In this document: piece after piece, positions 51,677 to 64,000 of the stretch
How the letters are laid out: the number at the start of each line of letters is the position of its first letter
How positions within the stretch are numbered: the first letter of the stretch is position 1
DNA from: Octopus bimaculoides
Taxonomy: Eukaryota
Direction of reading: 5' to 3'
Assembly: GCF_001194135.2 (NCBI RefSeq)
Contig: NC_068992.1
Location: 51,969,922-52,033,921, forward strand
Length of the DNA: 64,000 nucleotides
Made by a program: the position numbers and the translations under genes
The notes under the pieces: model-generated
Databases searched by the model: none
The model's input: only the letters and a program-made list of their open reading frames with translations
Told to the model about the DNA's origin: nothing

Positions 51677-52216
51677 CCTTACAAAGGTTAATAATGGGAC
51701 CATGATCATGTTTGGAACACAATGCCAAAATAAATACTCAAACAACAAACATGTCAAAAATTTTACACGTTACAGGAGCTATGGAAAAATTTAGGCAGTA
51801 AAACTTACTGACATATGACAACATTAAAACAAATTAATAGGTGGCTGATGACATGGATACTCTATGATAAAAAATTGTTGGTAGTATATAAAAAAAAATC
51901 AACCACAACAATAGTTACTTCTGTCAATCATTTCCGTAGCGTTAATTGTAAATGATACATGTATTTGAAGATTTTATAATATGTTTTGTTTATGTAATTT
52001 ACCTTACGTAAATAATAATAGAGTTTTGTTATTGAAATGTACATAAGACGTAGCTAAACATCTTATAAATAATCTCTTGATTGTTGTTTTACTTTCTACA
52101 TAATATACTCTGTGACATAACTCTGCTTTCATAAACGATATCTACACTGACATGAACAGGAATAAGCACGAAGTATTAAATATCTCAAGTTATTATACCA
52201 AATGTATATATATATA

Positions 52217-52281
<65 letters not shown>

Positions 52282-52302
52282 GTTTGTGTGTGTGTGTGTA
52301 TA

Positions 52303-52529
52303 TAGGATGGGCTTCTTTCAGTTTCTATCAACCAAATCCACTCACAAGGCTNNNNNNNNNNGTGTGTATATAGGATGGGCTTCTTTCAGTTTCTATCAAC
52401 CAAATCCACTCACAAGGCTTTGGTTGGCCTGAGGCTATAGCAGAAGACACTTGCCCATGATGCCACACAGTGGGACTGAACCCAGAACCATGTGGTTCGT
52501 AAGCAAGCTACTTACCACACAGCCACTCC
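52303..52529 (-). mobile_element. SINE family A, 5' half (partly duplicated across a 10-N gap)
   Basis: GGGCTTCTTTCAGTTTCTATCAACCAAATCCACTCACAAGGCT...CTTACCACACAGCCACTCCT. Confidence 0.85.
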
Positions 52530-55015
52530 TACACCTAAATGGACAACAAAGAAAAGAAAAACACAGAAGACCAAGTTGAGCGGATATGTTATTCCAGGTC
52601 TGACAGCTGTTTCTGGGGGCTCAGAATTACGTAACAACTGTAATGGTCAAGAAATGCAACAAGTAGTAGATGCATATAAACATTATGGTAAAACCAGTCT
52701 CCATCGTCAGGATGGAAATACTGGCAACTAGCAAGTATATATGTATATATGTTTATATAATGTATGCATTTATTTACACATACATACACAGACAGACGTG
52801 CACACATTGATTCTTAAAATTTCTTGTGTTTGTGTTACCAAGCAGATTTTATATTACTTGCTATTTACATTTGTTACATATTTGTATGTGATATATTAGA
52901 AACAAGACTCTGTTTTTAATCTATTATTACAGGCTTAAAGTGATCTGAAGCAAAATCAGCAAATTGATCAAATCAATATATTTTCAGACAGTAGCTTCAT
53001 TAAACATCTTTTGTATTTATCTCTGCAAGGGTTTAAAATAGAAATTAAAAATAGCCATAAAATACAGTGAGATTGATTCAAATAGACTAAGACTCATTGA
53101 ATGAACTGACATATGGCAATTCAACTCAAAGTATTAAATTTGATTATCTTCTAGTCGTATTTATATCTGATGTAAAAAAAAAACTGTAAGTTAGAAAGTT
53201 GAAATTGATATCAAATCAATAAATGATAAATGGCAAATATTCTTTGTCAAATATATATTAGCAAAAATTGATGAATATATAATCTAACAACTTTTCACCA
53301 TTTCTAGTTTTTAGGAAAATAAATGAAAAAGAAAAGATGATGGAAATTAAGCATGGTGATGTAAATTAATGTAGACTTGATTGAAATACACAAATATTTG
53401 GAAAGATGCTAAAATGCTTTATATACTAAAATAGGGCAAATGATTTTATGAAATTAAGTTCAATATTTGATTTCTTTTGTATCAGTTTACTGAAATTTAA
53501 CTTTAGAATTATTTGTTGAAAATTTAAATCTATTTATTATTTATTTTTGTTAAGTCTAGCCCAGGTAAGTCACAGTAATTTTGATCAATTTGGTGCTTTA
53601 TCATGGCATTAACGGAGGAAAACTTCATGATTGTTCTTTTTTATTGTAGTATGATAATTGTAATAGCATAGTAATAATATGGAAGATATTAGAAGATAGG
53701 TTAATGATTTAAAAGAAATTAAATAAAAGAAATAACAAAGAATTTTGTCAAGGTTCAATAATTAACATCATTTTAAAGTTTTTATGCTTGTACTTAATAA
53801 CAGTCTGTCTTTCTCTTCCTTTCAAAATAATTAACTCTCTAGACAGATTCATACTGCCAGTATCTTTCCCAATTAAAATTAATTTGATTCCTAATTACTG
53901 TCCATATCGTTTCTTGATTCACTCTCAACACCATTCTCTTTACTCCTTTTCTTTCTTACCTACACTTTTACTGTATCGAGAAAGCCGAAATGTTCTGAAA
54001 TAAATTTGAGATACAACTAAAGTCTGCTTTTAAAGTGAAAAGCCTCTTTTCTATTCATGATACCAAACATGAACCAACAGGCCTAATCTTTTACATTAGC
54101 TGCTGATAAGAAAGTGTTCTGCTTAAGAAACAAGAGCTACCTAAAATCAAAACAAAATGCAGCAAACAAAAAGCTGTTGATTTTCTTCATAGGATCTTTG
54201 TGTGTTAGTGTTGCATATAGCTATAAGGCAAAACATGGAGATAACATGAAACCGCTTGTCATGCGTGAAGCAAAGTAATTTGTTATCTTTAAGTTGGCTT
54301 CGGAAACCCAGTCAGTCTTTAAGCCAACCACAAGTGATTTTCCCCATTGTTCTTGTCTACAAATTCGACAAATGTTTACAAATAGAGTTATTAGAGAATT
54401 ATCTCTTTGTGCTCTAGATTAGTAATTAAATAACAAAACTATGAAGGAAAGCTATATTTACTGGTAATTATATTAACTGTGAGTCAACATGTAAAAATTA
54501 ATTTGTCTCCCTAAAAGCTAACTTTCATATCACAGAAGAAAACCTACTAAGGACAATGAGATAAAGATCTAGGGTAGCATTAACTGTATTTGAGAATTCT
54601 TAACAATGTCAACTTAATTCATTTTAATAGCATTTCTGCAGTTGAAGCACCTGTATTTTTTTACTTATCGTTTCCATTCCTATTGATTTGGGGATTTCTT
54701 TATGAACCCAGGTATTGACTAATCTGATATAGAATTAAATATTCTACTCTACAATACCAGTGGTTTTGGTAATCTTGATGGCACTGTCTGTTTCAAAGAA
54801 TACGGATACTGTTGCCTCACAAGGAACTCATCTCCTTTTTACTGGCTTTGCTGTTTAATTCTGTAAGATGTTTTCAAATTCTTCTAACTGTGCAAGAAAC
54901 TATGGCTATTTCCTCATCTAACTACAGCCAATACTGTAACATAATAACAGTAATAGCATGTTGTCTTGCAAACAACTCGCACATGCAAGTGCTACCAGTC
55001 GAGAACTCCGCATAC

Positions 55016-55092
55016 CGGAAGCCAGCAAGTGTATGGGGTCATCAGGAGAGAATGCGCGCCGTTTCGGGGCCAACGTCTCGATGGCATCAATG
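55016..55092 (-). other. Candidate 77-nt internal exon (IDAIETLAPKRRAFSPDDPIHLLAS)
   Basis: Branch-like CTAAT, acceptor ATTATTACAG|C and donor CCG|GTATGC. GC/CpG-rich and open in phase 2-to-1. Protein not recognised. Confidence 0.4.
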
Positions 55093-56711
55093 CTGTAATA
55101 ATATGTACAGTATTAGAACATAAACTGCTGATTCAAAAGAAATTAAATAAAGGAAATAACAAAGATGTATATACTTGTAGTCTGTGGAAATGAATAAGGT
55201 TACTTAAATCAGAGAAATAAAGCTACAATGAAAGATTGTGAGGCATTTTGTCAGAGTTACTATATTTAGAAGTAATTAAAAAAATATAGAAGTTTGGTAA
55301 TGCCACTAGGTATATTAATGAGTGTGGAATATAAAAAATGCCTGTTATGGTGGTAAAATGAAGAAATAGCAAGAGAAAGAGAGGGGGAGAGAGAGAGAGT
55401 GCGGAAGTGTTGGAGAAAGAGGAAATGACAGAGAGAAGGAAAGATTAAATGAATCATTTAAGATCATTAGTTATTCATAGTTTCCTCCGGTTAGTAAAGA
55501 TGATGCAGTATTGTGACACAAAGAGATGCTGTATTGTAGGGCCATCAAAGTTTTGTCTACATGGAATTTCAGCATGCTACAGAAGATGCAATCAGCATCA
55601 TATTTCTGTGATAATTCCAAAAGTTAAAGATGCCAAATATCCAGATTTCTACAACTCATGCTAAACTCATAATAATACTGAATAGAAAAATGGTTGAACA
55701 GAAATTTGTATTTTTGTTGAAATGCTAGAAATTAACATTATGACCATTTAAGACATCATAAAGATTTTCTTATAAATTATGAATGCTCTAAAAGCTTTTC
55801 ATGCAAAATAAGAAGGAATCCTTCAGCAGCGAGTTCACTGATATCTTGCCTTTAAAATCACATTGGCTTTCCTTTCATTTAGATTATATTGTTAAACTGG
55901 AACCTAACTACCGTATACACTTCAATAGTTCACCAAATTGCATATGTCTGTTAACTGATTTTTCACACTAATTGTACACATATTAATAAATAATATAGAT
56001 TTATGTATTTCTCAGGAAATACAAAGATAATCACATTGTCTCAAAACAATTGAAAGTGGATATTGGTTATATGTATGTACTTATTCACTGTAATAGCAGT
56101 ATTACTGCAGATTAAGAATCACTTGAAATGTTTACAGTCTGATACACTTATTCTATTCTCTTTTCTTTTTAATGTTATTTTTATATTCTATACACAATAT
56201 TGTTTAACATAAATGACTTCCTTCATGACTGTCATTTTGTATTTATTACATAGGGAATTACTGAGAAGAATAAACTTTCTCTGCCCCACCCCTGATTATG
56301 AATAACCATGGCAACTACTAAACTGCAACACTATTGGTCATCTATAATGATAAAACTTAATAGATGACAGAAAAGAAAAGACAAATAGAATTATGAAGTC
56401 AAATCTATTTTTGGTAAATCAGAATGAGACAATAACCAACAAGTACTAACTTATATTCATCGACCAGTAGATTGTTATAATTTCTTCACAAATTATTCTT
56501 GGAACAATTTCATCAAGTGTTACAGTTTTCAGTAACTTAAGAAGAGTTGGAGATCAGTTTGAATCTGAGCGAATATGAACCTTCAAGTAAGCAATTCTTA
56601 TGCCAAAAGAGCAATGGTTGGTTACTTCACAACTTTGTAGCACCAACAGTGGTTTTGTAGCACAGACAGCTGAGTGGGTTTATAGATTAAATGTTGGCCT
56701 ACAGTTTACTG

Positions 56712-56830
56712 TTCATCCTCATTTAACGACTGTTTTCCATGCTAACATGGGTTGGATGGTTTGACAGGGTCTGTTAAGGCCAGAGCCTGCATCAGGTTCC
56801 ATAGTCTGTTTAGGCTTGGTTTCTACAGCA
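56712..56830 (-). mobile_element. RTE-type LINE 3' end, diverged
   Basis: CATTTAACG...TTTTCCATGCTAACATGGGTTGGATGGTTTGAC...GGTTTCTACAGC. Confidence 0.7.
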
Positions 56831-56831
56831 T

Positions 56832-58120
56832 GATTTATTATACATAGAAGCAGTTCTAAAAGAAATGAAATCTAGAAAGAATGATTTAATAATAGCATGG
56901 TTAGATTATAAGAAAGCATATCACATGATTCCACACTCATGAATGAAAGAATATTTGAGTACATTCAGTATTGCAGACAAAATGACAGAGCTAATTAGCT
57001 ATAGCTTGAAGAAATGGAAAGTAGATCTTTACTCAGGTGACACAGTCTTTAGGACAATTTAAGGTTAAGAGGGCAAGTTTCCAAGGAGACTCGTTATCCC
57101 CTTTGATATGTGTATTATGTATAATTCCTCTTAGTTTAGTATTAAGAATGGCAAAGGCAGAGTGTCAGTTTAGAGATAGTAAAGGAAAAATTAACCAGTT
57201 GTAAGAATACAAAAGAGTTAGATTGTTTAATAAAAATTGCAAGACTCTTCAACGAATATGTATGTATGGAATTTGACATAGATAAGTGTGCAATATTAGT
57301 CATAAAAAAGAGAGAGGTAGTCAGCAATGAATTAATTCAGTTACCAGATGGCTAGACATTAAAATCACCGAAAGGAGGAGAAAGTTATATGTATCTAGGA
57401 GTATTAGAATCTGATAGAGTACTATCTATAGAAACAAAAAAGAAAATTGAGAAGTATATCAGAAGGGTGAGGAAGTTAATGAAGTCAAACTTAAATGGTC
57501 CAAATCTACAGCGGCAGTATTGTTACTTAGATGCACAGCATTTTTTGTTGATAGGACAAAATCTGAATTAGCAAATCTAGACAGAATGAGAAAGTTGTGG
57601 TGAAAGAGTACAGCAGGGTTCGCCACCGTCCCCTTGCCGGAGCCTGGCGGAGCTTTAGGTGTTTTCGCTCAATAAACACTCACAACGCCCGATCTGGAAA
57701 TCAAAACCGCGATCCTATGACCGCGAGTCCGCTGCCCTAACCACTGGGCTATTTTGCTTCCACTAGTAGTAATAACAGGCAAACAAAATAAAAAGTGCCA
57801 GGTAATTCACTTTACAGTGCCAAATTATGCAAAAGTCAATATGAGAGGTATAGAGAAAATGGCAAAGTATCAGAACCTAGCCATTGAGTTACAGAGGCGA
57901 TAGAAAGTGCAGGTAGAATATATCCCTGTAGCTATAGCTGCATTAGGAAATATTCTTAAAGAGAGATAGAGGAAATAGGCATAAAACCTTGTTTAGTGCA
58001 GCTCCATAAAACTGTTATTAGGGACAGCTAGAATACTTAGGAGGGTTCTTGGCATCTAAGGTTACTTGTTGTAGTCTGATGTTAGGAATATTTTTGCATA
58101 ATCCAATATGTTGTGTGTAA
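56832..58120 (+). pseudogene. Decayed R4/Dong-clade non-LTR retrotransposon (RT plus restriction-like endonuclease), 5'-truncated and internally deleted
   Basis: AWLDYKKAYHMIPHS, FQGDSLSPL, MEFDIDKCAILVIK, SYMYLGVLE, then VIHFTVPNYAKV...EKMAKYQNLAIEL...IPVAIAALG...LGTARILRRVLGI*. Confidence 0.88.
57595..57763 (-). mobile_element. tRNA-headed SINE family E nested in the R4/Dong fossil
   Basis: Minus-strand head ...TAGCCCAGTGGTTAGGGCAGCGGACTCGCGGTCATAGGATCGCGGTTT...; similar heads occur near 40510 and 63770-63807. CpGs are retained. Confidence 0.82.
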
Positions 58121-58124
58121 ATGA

Positions 58125-58255
58125 ATTAATAGCAATAACCACAACAACAACAACAAAAACAGCAATAATAATAACAGCAACAACAATGATAACGATGTTG
58201 ATGATAAACATATTGATAACAGTGTTGATGACGATGATGATGATGATAATAATCT
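58125..58255. repeat. (AAC/AAT/GAT)n degenerate trinucleotide tract
   Basis: Direct reading; it immediately follows the R4/Dong 3' end. Confidence 0.88.
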
Positions 58256-59417
58256 CTGTTAATCTACATCATGTAACAGACAATAAACCTCCTGTTACAA
58301 TGGCAAACATTTAACTGCTGAACAGATTTTGCTAATTATCCAAATTTATTGAAAACTATAATTTCCATATAAAAATATCTGGTTTGTAAATACAACAGAG
58401 TCAAAATAAGATTAAGATAATAAATACAATAAAATTAGCATTTTTTTTTTTTTTCAAATTTCAGATTAAAAACAAATGTTGTATTGAAATTCATATTCTG
58501 ATATAATCAGTTGCTAATGGTTTTCTTTTGAAGTTAATATCATTTCATCCATAAAATTTAAATGTTTTATCTAAATTTGATTGTAGATTAAACTATTTCC
58601 CTGACAACCTTACAACAATAATCATATTAGAAAAGAAAAGCCACAATAAAACAAATGCACAAATGTCTTAAACCGTCAAGATATGATGACGTTAAACCTC
58701 TTAATTCCATTTCGGTTAATCATCCCTGCACTTTCGCATTGCTAAAATTCTTTTTCTTTCTTTATATATTTTCCTTCTATCAAATTCATTTCTGTATTCA
58801 CAGATAAGCAGCAACATAGTTACACATTCAAATTACCATGTGACATAAAATAAAGTAACTACTAGAAACCAGGAGCTCGTATGGAGCATTGAAATATCCT
58901 TTTGCTAAAATTTCTGTCACTAACTTCCTTCCATAAATTAACGATAATGAAACCAAGTTGTTATATTGTTTTATAGTTTTAATAAAACTAACCACAATAA
59001 TACTTTACTCAGATAGTGATACCACTTATAAAATTTTAACAACATCGTAAGATGTTGAGAGAAGCTCATTATTGCAGCATTAGGGATATTTTTGTGTATG
59101 TGACATTATAATGTCATTTCTGTCCAAACAGAAAAGTCGACATTAAACATTCATCTACTTTACTTAATTAATTTCAAACGTCATAAAGATTTTAATTATT
59201 CAAAACAAATATTACCAACATTTTGTGACTCAGTGCACCAGCTTTTGCTGAGAGATTTCTTACAAATGCACTTCCTTTCTGCATGTAACCTTTTTAGATC
59301 CAAACCATATTTTGAAAAAAAAAAAAAAAAAATGTTATGCCAGTTATTGTAATCAAAGACAGACTAATTAGTGCAGAGGTTTATTAGCAATTGGAGCAAA
59401 GTAAAAAGCATTTAGTA

Positions 59418-59585
59418 CTCTCTGGTGAGTGATTGCTGTTAGGAAGGGCATCCAGCGGTAAAATCCATGCCAAATCAGACCGTGAAACCTGATGCAGTCT
59501 TCTGGCTTGGCAGTTCCTATCAAACTGTCCAACCCATACCAGCATGGAAAATGAATGCTAAAAGACAATGATGATGATGATGATG
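59418..59585 (+). mobile_element. RTE-type LINE 3' end, diverged, (GAT)n tail
   Basis: GTTAGGAAGGGCATCCAGC...CCAACCCATACCAGCATGGAAA...GATGATGATGAT. Confidence 0.75.
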
Positions 59586-59723
59586 AATATGTCCTAATCA
59601 TATTCTGAGAACAGAATAGGCACATATTGCATACCCTGGCTTTCTCAGTTACCTTTCTTCTTTAAACCACTTCCATTTCGCATTATCTCCCACTACACCT
59701 TCTGTCTCCATCAGTCACTTCCT

Positions 59724-59766
<43 letters not shown>

Positions 59767-59828
59767 CATACATACACACGCATATGTATGTGTATGTTTG
59801 TATGTGTGTGTGTGTACTTGCACATGTT

Positions 59829-60035
59829 TTATGTTTGTCACTCCACCTCTTGGCAACTGGTGTTTGTTTGTTTATGTCCTCATAACATCAGCAGTTCAGC
59901 AAAAAAAGACACCATTAGAATAAGTACAAGATTTAAATAAAAAAAATAATAAATACTGCAATCAAAAGGGTACAACTAAACCCTTTAAAGGGTTGCTACA
60001 GCATGGCAACAGTCCAATGACTGAAAGAACCAAAA
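59829..60035 (+). mobile_element. SINE family A, 3' half, diverged
   Basis: GGCAACTGGTGTTTG...AGAATAAGTAC...GCATGGCAACAGTCCAATGACTGAAA. Confidence 0.65.
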
Positions 60036-60324
60036 GATTACAGAAACGATCTCAGTTAACCGATCTCTTCTATTTTTCAATATTTTACAGTATCAAATAT
60101 ATTCTCTATATGCAGATAGTCAGGCTGTATATTTAATATTCATAAATTCACTGTACTGTATCCTAAGACATTTATTATCTCTGTTTAACATATGTGATTT
60201 TTGAACATTCAGACATTTGTATGCTTTAAAGACAATTATTTTTATGGTTGACACTATTTTTACTGCAGCTAACCAATGAAAAACAAGATTCTACATTGTA
60301 CGACCTGCTAGAAATAACAGAAAA

Positions 60325-61016
60325 ATCATCATCATCATCATTATCATCATCATCATCATCATTGTTTAATGTCTGCTTTCCATATGGGCATAGGCAGGAC
60401 AGTTTGACTGAAAACTATTAAGCCAGGGAACTGCACCAGGTTCCAGTCTGATTTGGCAAGGTTCCTATGACCAACCACTCCAAGAATGTAGTGGGTGCTT
60501 TTTACACGCCACCTGCATGGGTACCATTGATGTGACACCAGCGTCTGTCATAACTATTGTCTCAGTCACCTGTCACTGCCTCCATGAGGCCCAGTGTTCT
60601 AACGGTGCTTTTTACATGCCACTGGCATGAGTGCCAGTAAGACAGCACTGGCATCTGCAATGACTATGATTTCACTTGACTCAACAGGTATTCTCAAGCA
60701 CAACATATTGCCCAATGTTTGAAGGGTGCTTTTTACATGCCAGGTACGTAACACTGGCATCAGCTACGACTATGATCTCACTTGGCTTAACGGGTCTTCT
60801 CAAGCACAGTATATTTCCAAAGGTCTAGGTCACTTGTTATTGCCTCCATGAGGCCCAACATTCGAAGATCATGCTTCAGTACTTTGTCCCATGTCTTCTT
60901 AGGTCAACCTCAACCACAGGTTCTCTCCACTGTTAGAGTGCAGCACTTCTTCCCACAGCTGTCTTCATCCGTACACATCACACGACCATATCAGCACAGT
61001 TGTCTCTCTTGCCTAC
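60325..61016 (-). mobile_element. RTE-type LINE: ORF C-terminal relic, subrepeat-containing 3' UTR and (ATG)n tail
   Basis: Minus-strand translation QERQLC*YGRVMCTDEDSCGKKC...G*G*PKKTWDKVLKHD resembles the RTE motif RRLRWYGHV...RGRPRKTW. Confidence 0.82.
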
Positions 61017-62954
61017 AGCTACCACCACCGCCGACGCTGCCGCCATCCCATCCACTCCCACCCACCCATGCACACCCACACACACATATCCACAATTCTA
61101 CTTCATCGTCTAAACACCGAGGAAGAAGATATCAGAAAAAGGTTTGAATTTTGAATTATCCATCCTTCGAGATATTTTCAAAATTATTTTGCTTGATAAT
61201 GCTGAGTTGGCAGTCTGATTAGAACCTTTCTTTTTTTAATGATATTGAAGTTAATTTCGATATTAAAACCACAGTTGATCAAGCAGTAATAAAGGAGTAT
61301 TTGACATTTCAGAACTGAAAAATTTGTGAAATCATAATAAAGATTCAATCATTACTGGTTAAATTTCCTAGAATGATTACATAATTAGATATCGTACTCG
61401 AGGAGAAAACACGATATGTATTAAGAGACTTAAATTTTTTCCCCCTAAGGGAAACAGATATCTAAAGTGTTCTTTAAAAGAGAAAGCAGATTAAAACATT
61501 TAACGATGAAATAAAATAAAAGCAGTAATCTTAGAATCCATTGAACTTACAGACAAAAGAACAATGAATGCACGACTAAAACAAGAAATCCAAAGATATC
61601 CGAGTTTTATAACGTAATAAGTGCCATGGAATGCTAATTAATATTACAAAGATAATATTGAAAAGAAAATATTCATTAAATGTGACAAGTCTACTTGTGT
61701 TGATAAACTTAGAAACTTTCATTAATTACTTCAATATGAAACTTCAAACTATTTTATTATCTGTCGTCAAGTTTGGAAGAAAAATTATTTTCTGTCAACC
61801 AAGTTTTAATAGAATATATGTACTTCTCAAATATTCTTTTAGAAATTTTTTAAAGGAATGAAAATCAAAGTAAGTCTAATTTATACGAAAATAAAATAAA
61901 GCAATAATGGGGAGATTGACTTACAAGGCAAAGAGAGAATATATAATCTATTAATTCCATATTTTTTCTGTGAATACTTTATTTTCTGTGTAATTTTTTC
62001 CATAAGAGCTCTTGACAAAAGATGAGCTCAACAGCAACTTCGTAAAGTGCTATAAGTTAGTTTAAAGTGAAAAAGGGGGAAAATTTTACGTTTTGGAAAT
62101 GGCATTTAATCAGAAAACATTTCTTTGATGAAGGATTCTGTAAGAAGCATCAGATCTATTCTGTCTTACTGCAAATTTATTTTATTTGGCAAATATTCTA
62201 TTCTTACTAGGTACCAATGTATATCATCAGTGCTGGATTTACTATTTCAGGCTTGGTAGGCTGAAGTCTAGGGTGCCAATATTATATAATTTGGGTGAAG
62301 CCTGTGACACTATCATAGGCTTCAGGGAAAAGTCTCATAAGGAAGATAGCCTAGAACTTCTCATAATCTAAAGACTGTTATGCAGACCAAATCTACTTTG
62401 CTTGGATTTGACCATTTCTCTCTAACTTAACAGCACGGATTTTTCATTCAAGTGTTTTCCAAAGAAATTAATACTTTCTTGTCATTGAGGATAAGCTTCT
62501 TTTTGTTAAGGCTTTCATATCTATAATACAAATATTCTTGAAGCCTAATATTTAGCTTTGTAGTAAAAATGGCATTATTTAGGATTACAATGTCTAGACA
62601 TCAAACCTATTTATATATGATAAATATTTAATATAATTCTATATACAGAAACAGGTTATATATATATATATACCAGAGCATTTAAGGTAATTGAATATAA
62701 TTTGGTTTTCAGTTACCACAAAACATAGACTTAAATAAATATATCTAAGAAACATGTATATCAATTGATATAATTTCCTTCTTTTTATAGCCTGCGATTC
62801 ATGGAATTGTTTCTCTATTTTAATTATTTCATATAATGCAAGGACAGCCATGATAATTAATACCCAGTTTAACCCAATTAAGGACAGACACAAACTATTT
62901 TTACTGAAAGGCAATCGTGATCCATAGTAGAAAAATGAATCAATGCAAATTTTT

Positions 62955-63113
62955 TGTGCAGATGTTGCTGTGTGATAAGGAGCTTGCTTACGAACCACAT
63001 GGTTCTGGGTTCAGTTCCACTGTGTGGCACCTTGGGCAAGTGTCTTCTACTATAGCCTCAGGCGGACCAAGGCCTTGCAAGGGATTTGGTAGATGGAAAC
63101 TGAAAGAAGCCAG

Positions 63114-63184
<71 letters not shown>

Positions 63185-63424
63185 TATATGTATGTATGTA
63201 TATATTTGTGTGTTTCTGTCTGTGTTTGTCCACCACCATCGCTTGACAACTGATCTTGGTGTGTTTACATCCCTGTAATTTAGCAGTTCAGCAAAAGTGA
63301 CCAATAGAATAAGTACCAGGCTAACAAAGAATAACTCCAGGAGTTCATTCCTTTGACTAAAAGTTGGTGCTTCAGCATGGCCACAGTCAAAATGACTGAA
63401 ACAAGTAAAGCAATAAAAGAGTAA
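62955..63424 (+). mobile_element. SINE family A, full length with expanded internal (TA)n
   Basis: Head GTTGCTGTGTGATAAG..GCTTGCTT.CGAACCACATGGTTCTGGGTTCAG, central (TA)n, and 3' end GACTGAAACAAGTAAAGCAATAAAAGAGTAAA. Confidence 0.9.
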
Positions 63425-63832
63425 ATGTGAATATTTGGACATTTTGAGTTTCGTTAATTTAAAGTAACATTATGTAAAGAAGGTATAGGAAAACATGTAA
63501 ATAGATACTTCAAATATAATTTATTATCACATCAAGGCTATGTAAAAACACAAGAATAGCAATAAAAAGTGTCTACTTGATATATGGAGAAACAAAAGCT
63601 GTTTTCATACAGTGTGAAAGTGCTTGAAACAGTTAATTTTGCAGTAAAACAAAAGGCTACTGTTTCATTTATTACAGGACTCACAACCTGGATTCTTACA
63701 GCTGCCTTTCCTGCTGCTTTCCATGCACTGAGACCAGTGATCAATACCAACCACAATTCTATGACCACGAGTCTGCAGCCCTAACCACTGAGCCATTGCA
63801 CCTCCACTATACATATATACATATATATACAT

Positions 63833-63990
63833 GAGTGGTTGGCATTAGGAAGGGCATCCAGCTGTAGAAACTCTGCCAAATTAGATTGGAGCCTGGTGTT
63901 GCCATCCGGTTTCACCAGTCCTCAGTCAAATCGTCCAACCCATGCTAGCATGGAAAGCGGACGTTAAACGATGATGATGATGATGATGAT
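63833..63990 (+). mobile_element. RTE-type LINE 3' end, young copy
   Basis: GAGTGGTTGGCATTAGGAAGGGCATCC...GCGGACGTTAAACGATGATGATGAT. Confidence 0.88.
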
Positions 63991-64000
63991 ATATATATAT

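Noticed and set aside
52293-52410. Apparent ~60-bp duplication inside a SINE
   Set aside because: Identical copies on either side of a 10-N gap; assembly artefact.
55030-55075. Minus-strand GAAA...CTGATGA as a type II hammerhead
   Set aside because: Stem II cannot form (CCCC versus CCCC) and there is no G-U-H cleavage site with stems I/III.
62955-63040. tRNA gene candidates at SINE heads (also 49, 14799, 44400 and 57763)
   Set aside because: They have A/B-box-like motifs but no complete cloverleaf and continue into repeat bodies.

Overview
AT-rich, microsatellite-dense eukaryotic DNA with many N gaps, almost certainly intronic or intergenic. The repeat families resemble those of octopod cephalopods such as Octopus; this is pattern recognition, not a database result. 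No complete protein-coding gene, tRNA, rRNA or CRISPR array can be supported, and most entries in the ORF track are microsatellite or N-gap artefacts. The window is a stack of mobile-element fossils: several tRNA-headed SINE families, a young RTE-type LINE 3' end with an (ATG)n tail, a decayed R4/Dong-clade non-LTR element (RT plus restriction-like endonuclease), older CR1/L2-like RT scraps, a Tc1 5' fragment, an internally deleted DD37D (maT) element, piggyBac-like and foldback MITEs, Helentron-type non-autonomous elements and two LTR-like inserts. Second-look items are decayed Penelope-type hammerhead ribozyme motifs, an interstitial telomere-like tract, a perfect 18-bp palindrome, inverted repeats that could form ADAR substrates, AG|GT recursive-splice-like sites, a few candidate exons (best: 55016-55092, minus strand) and a BH3-like peptide. 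I found no convincing new biological system; all findings are hypotheses.
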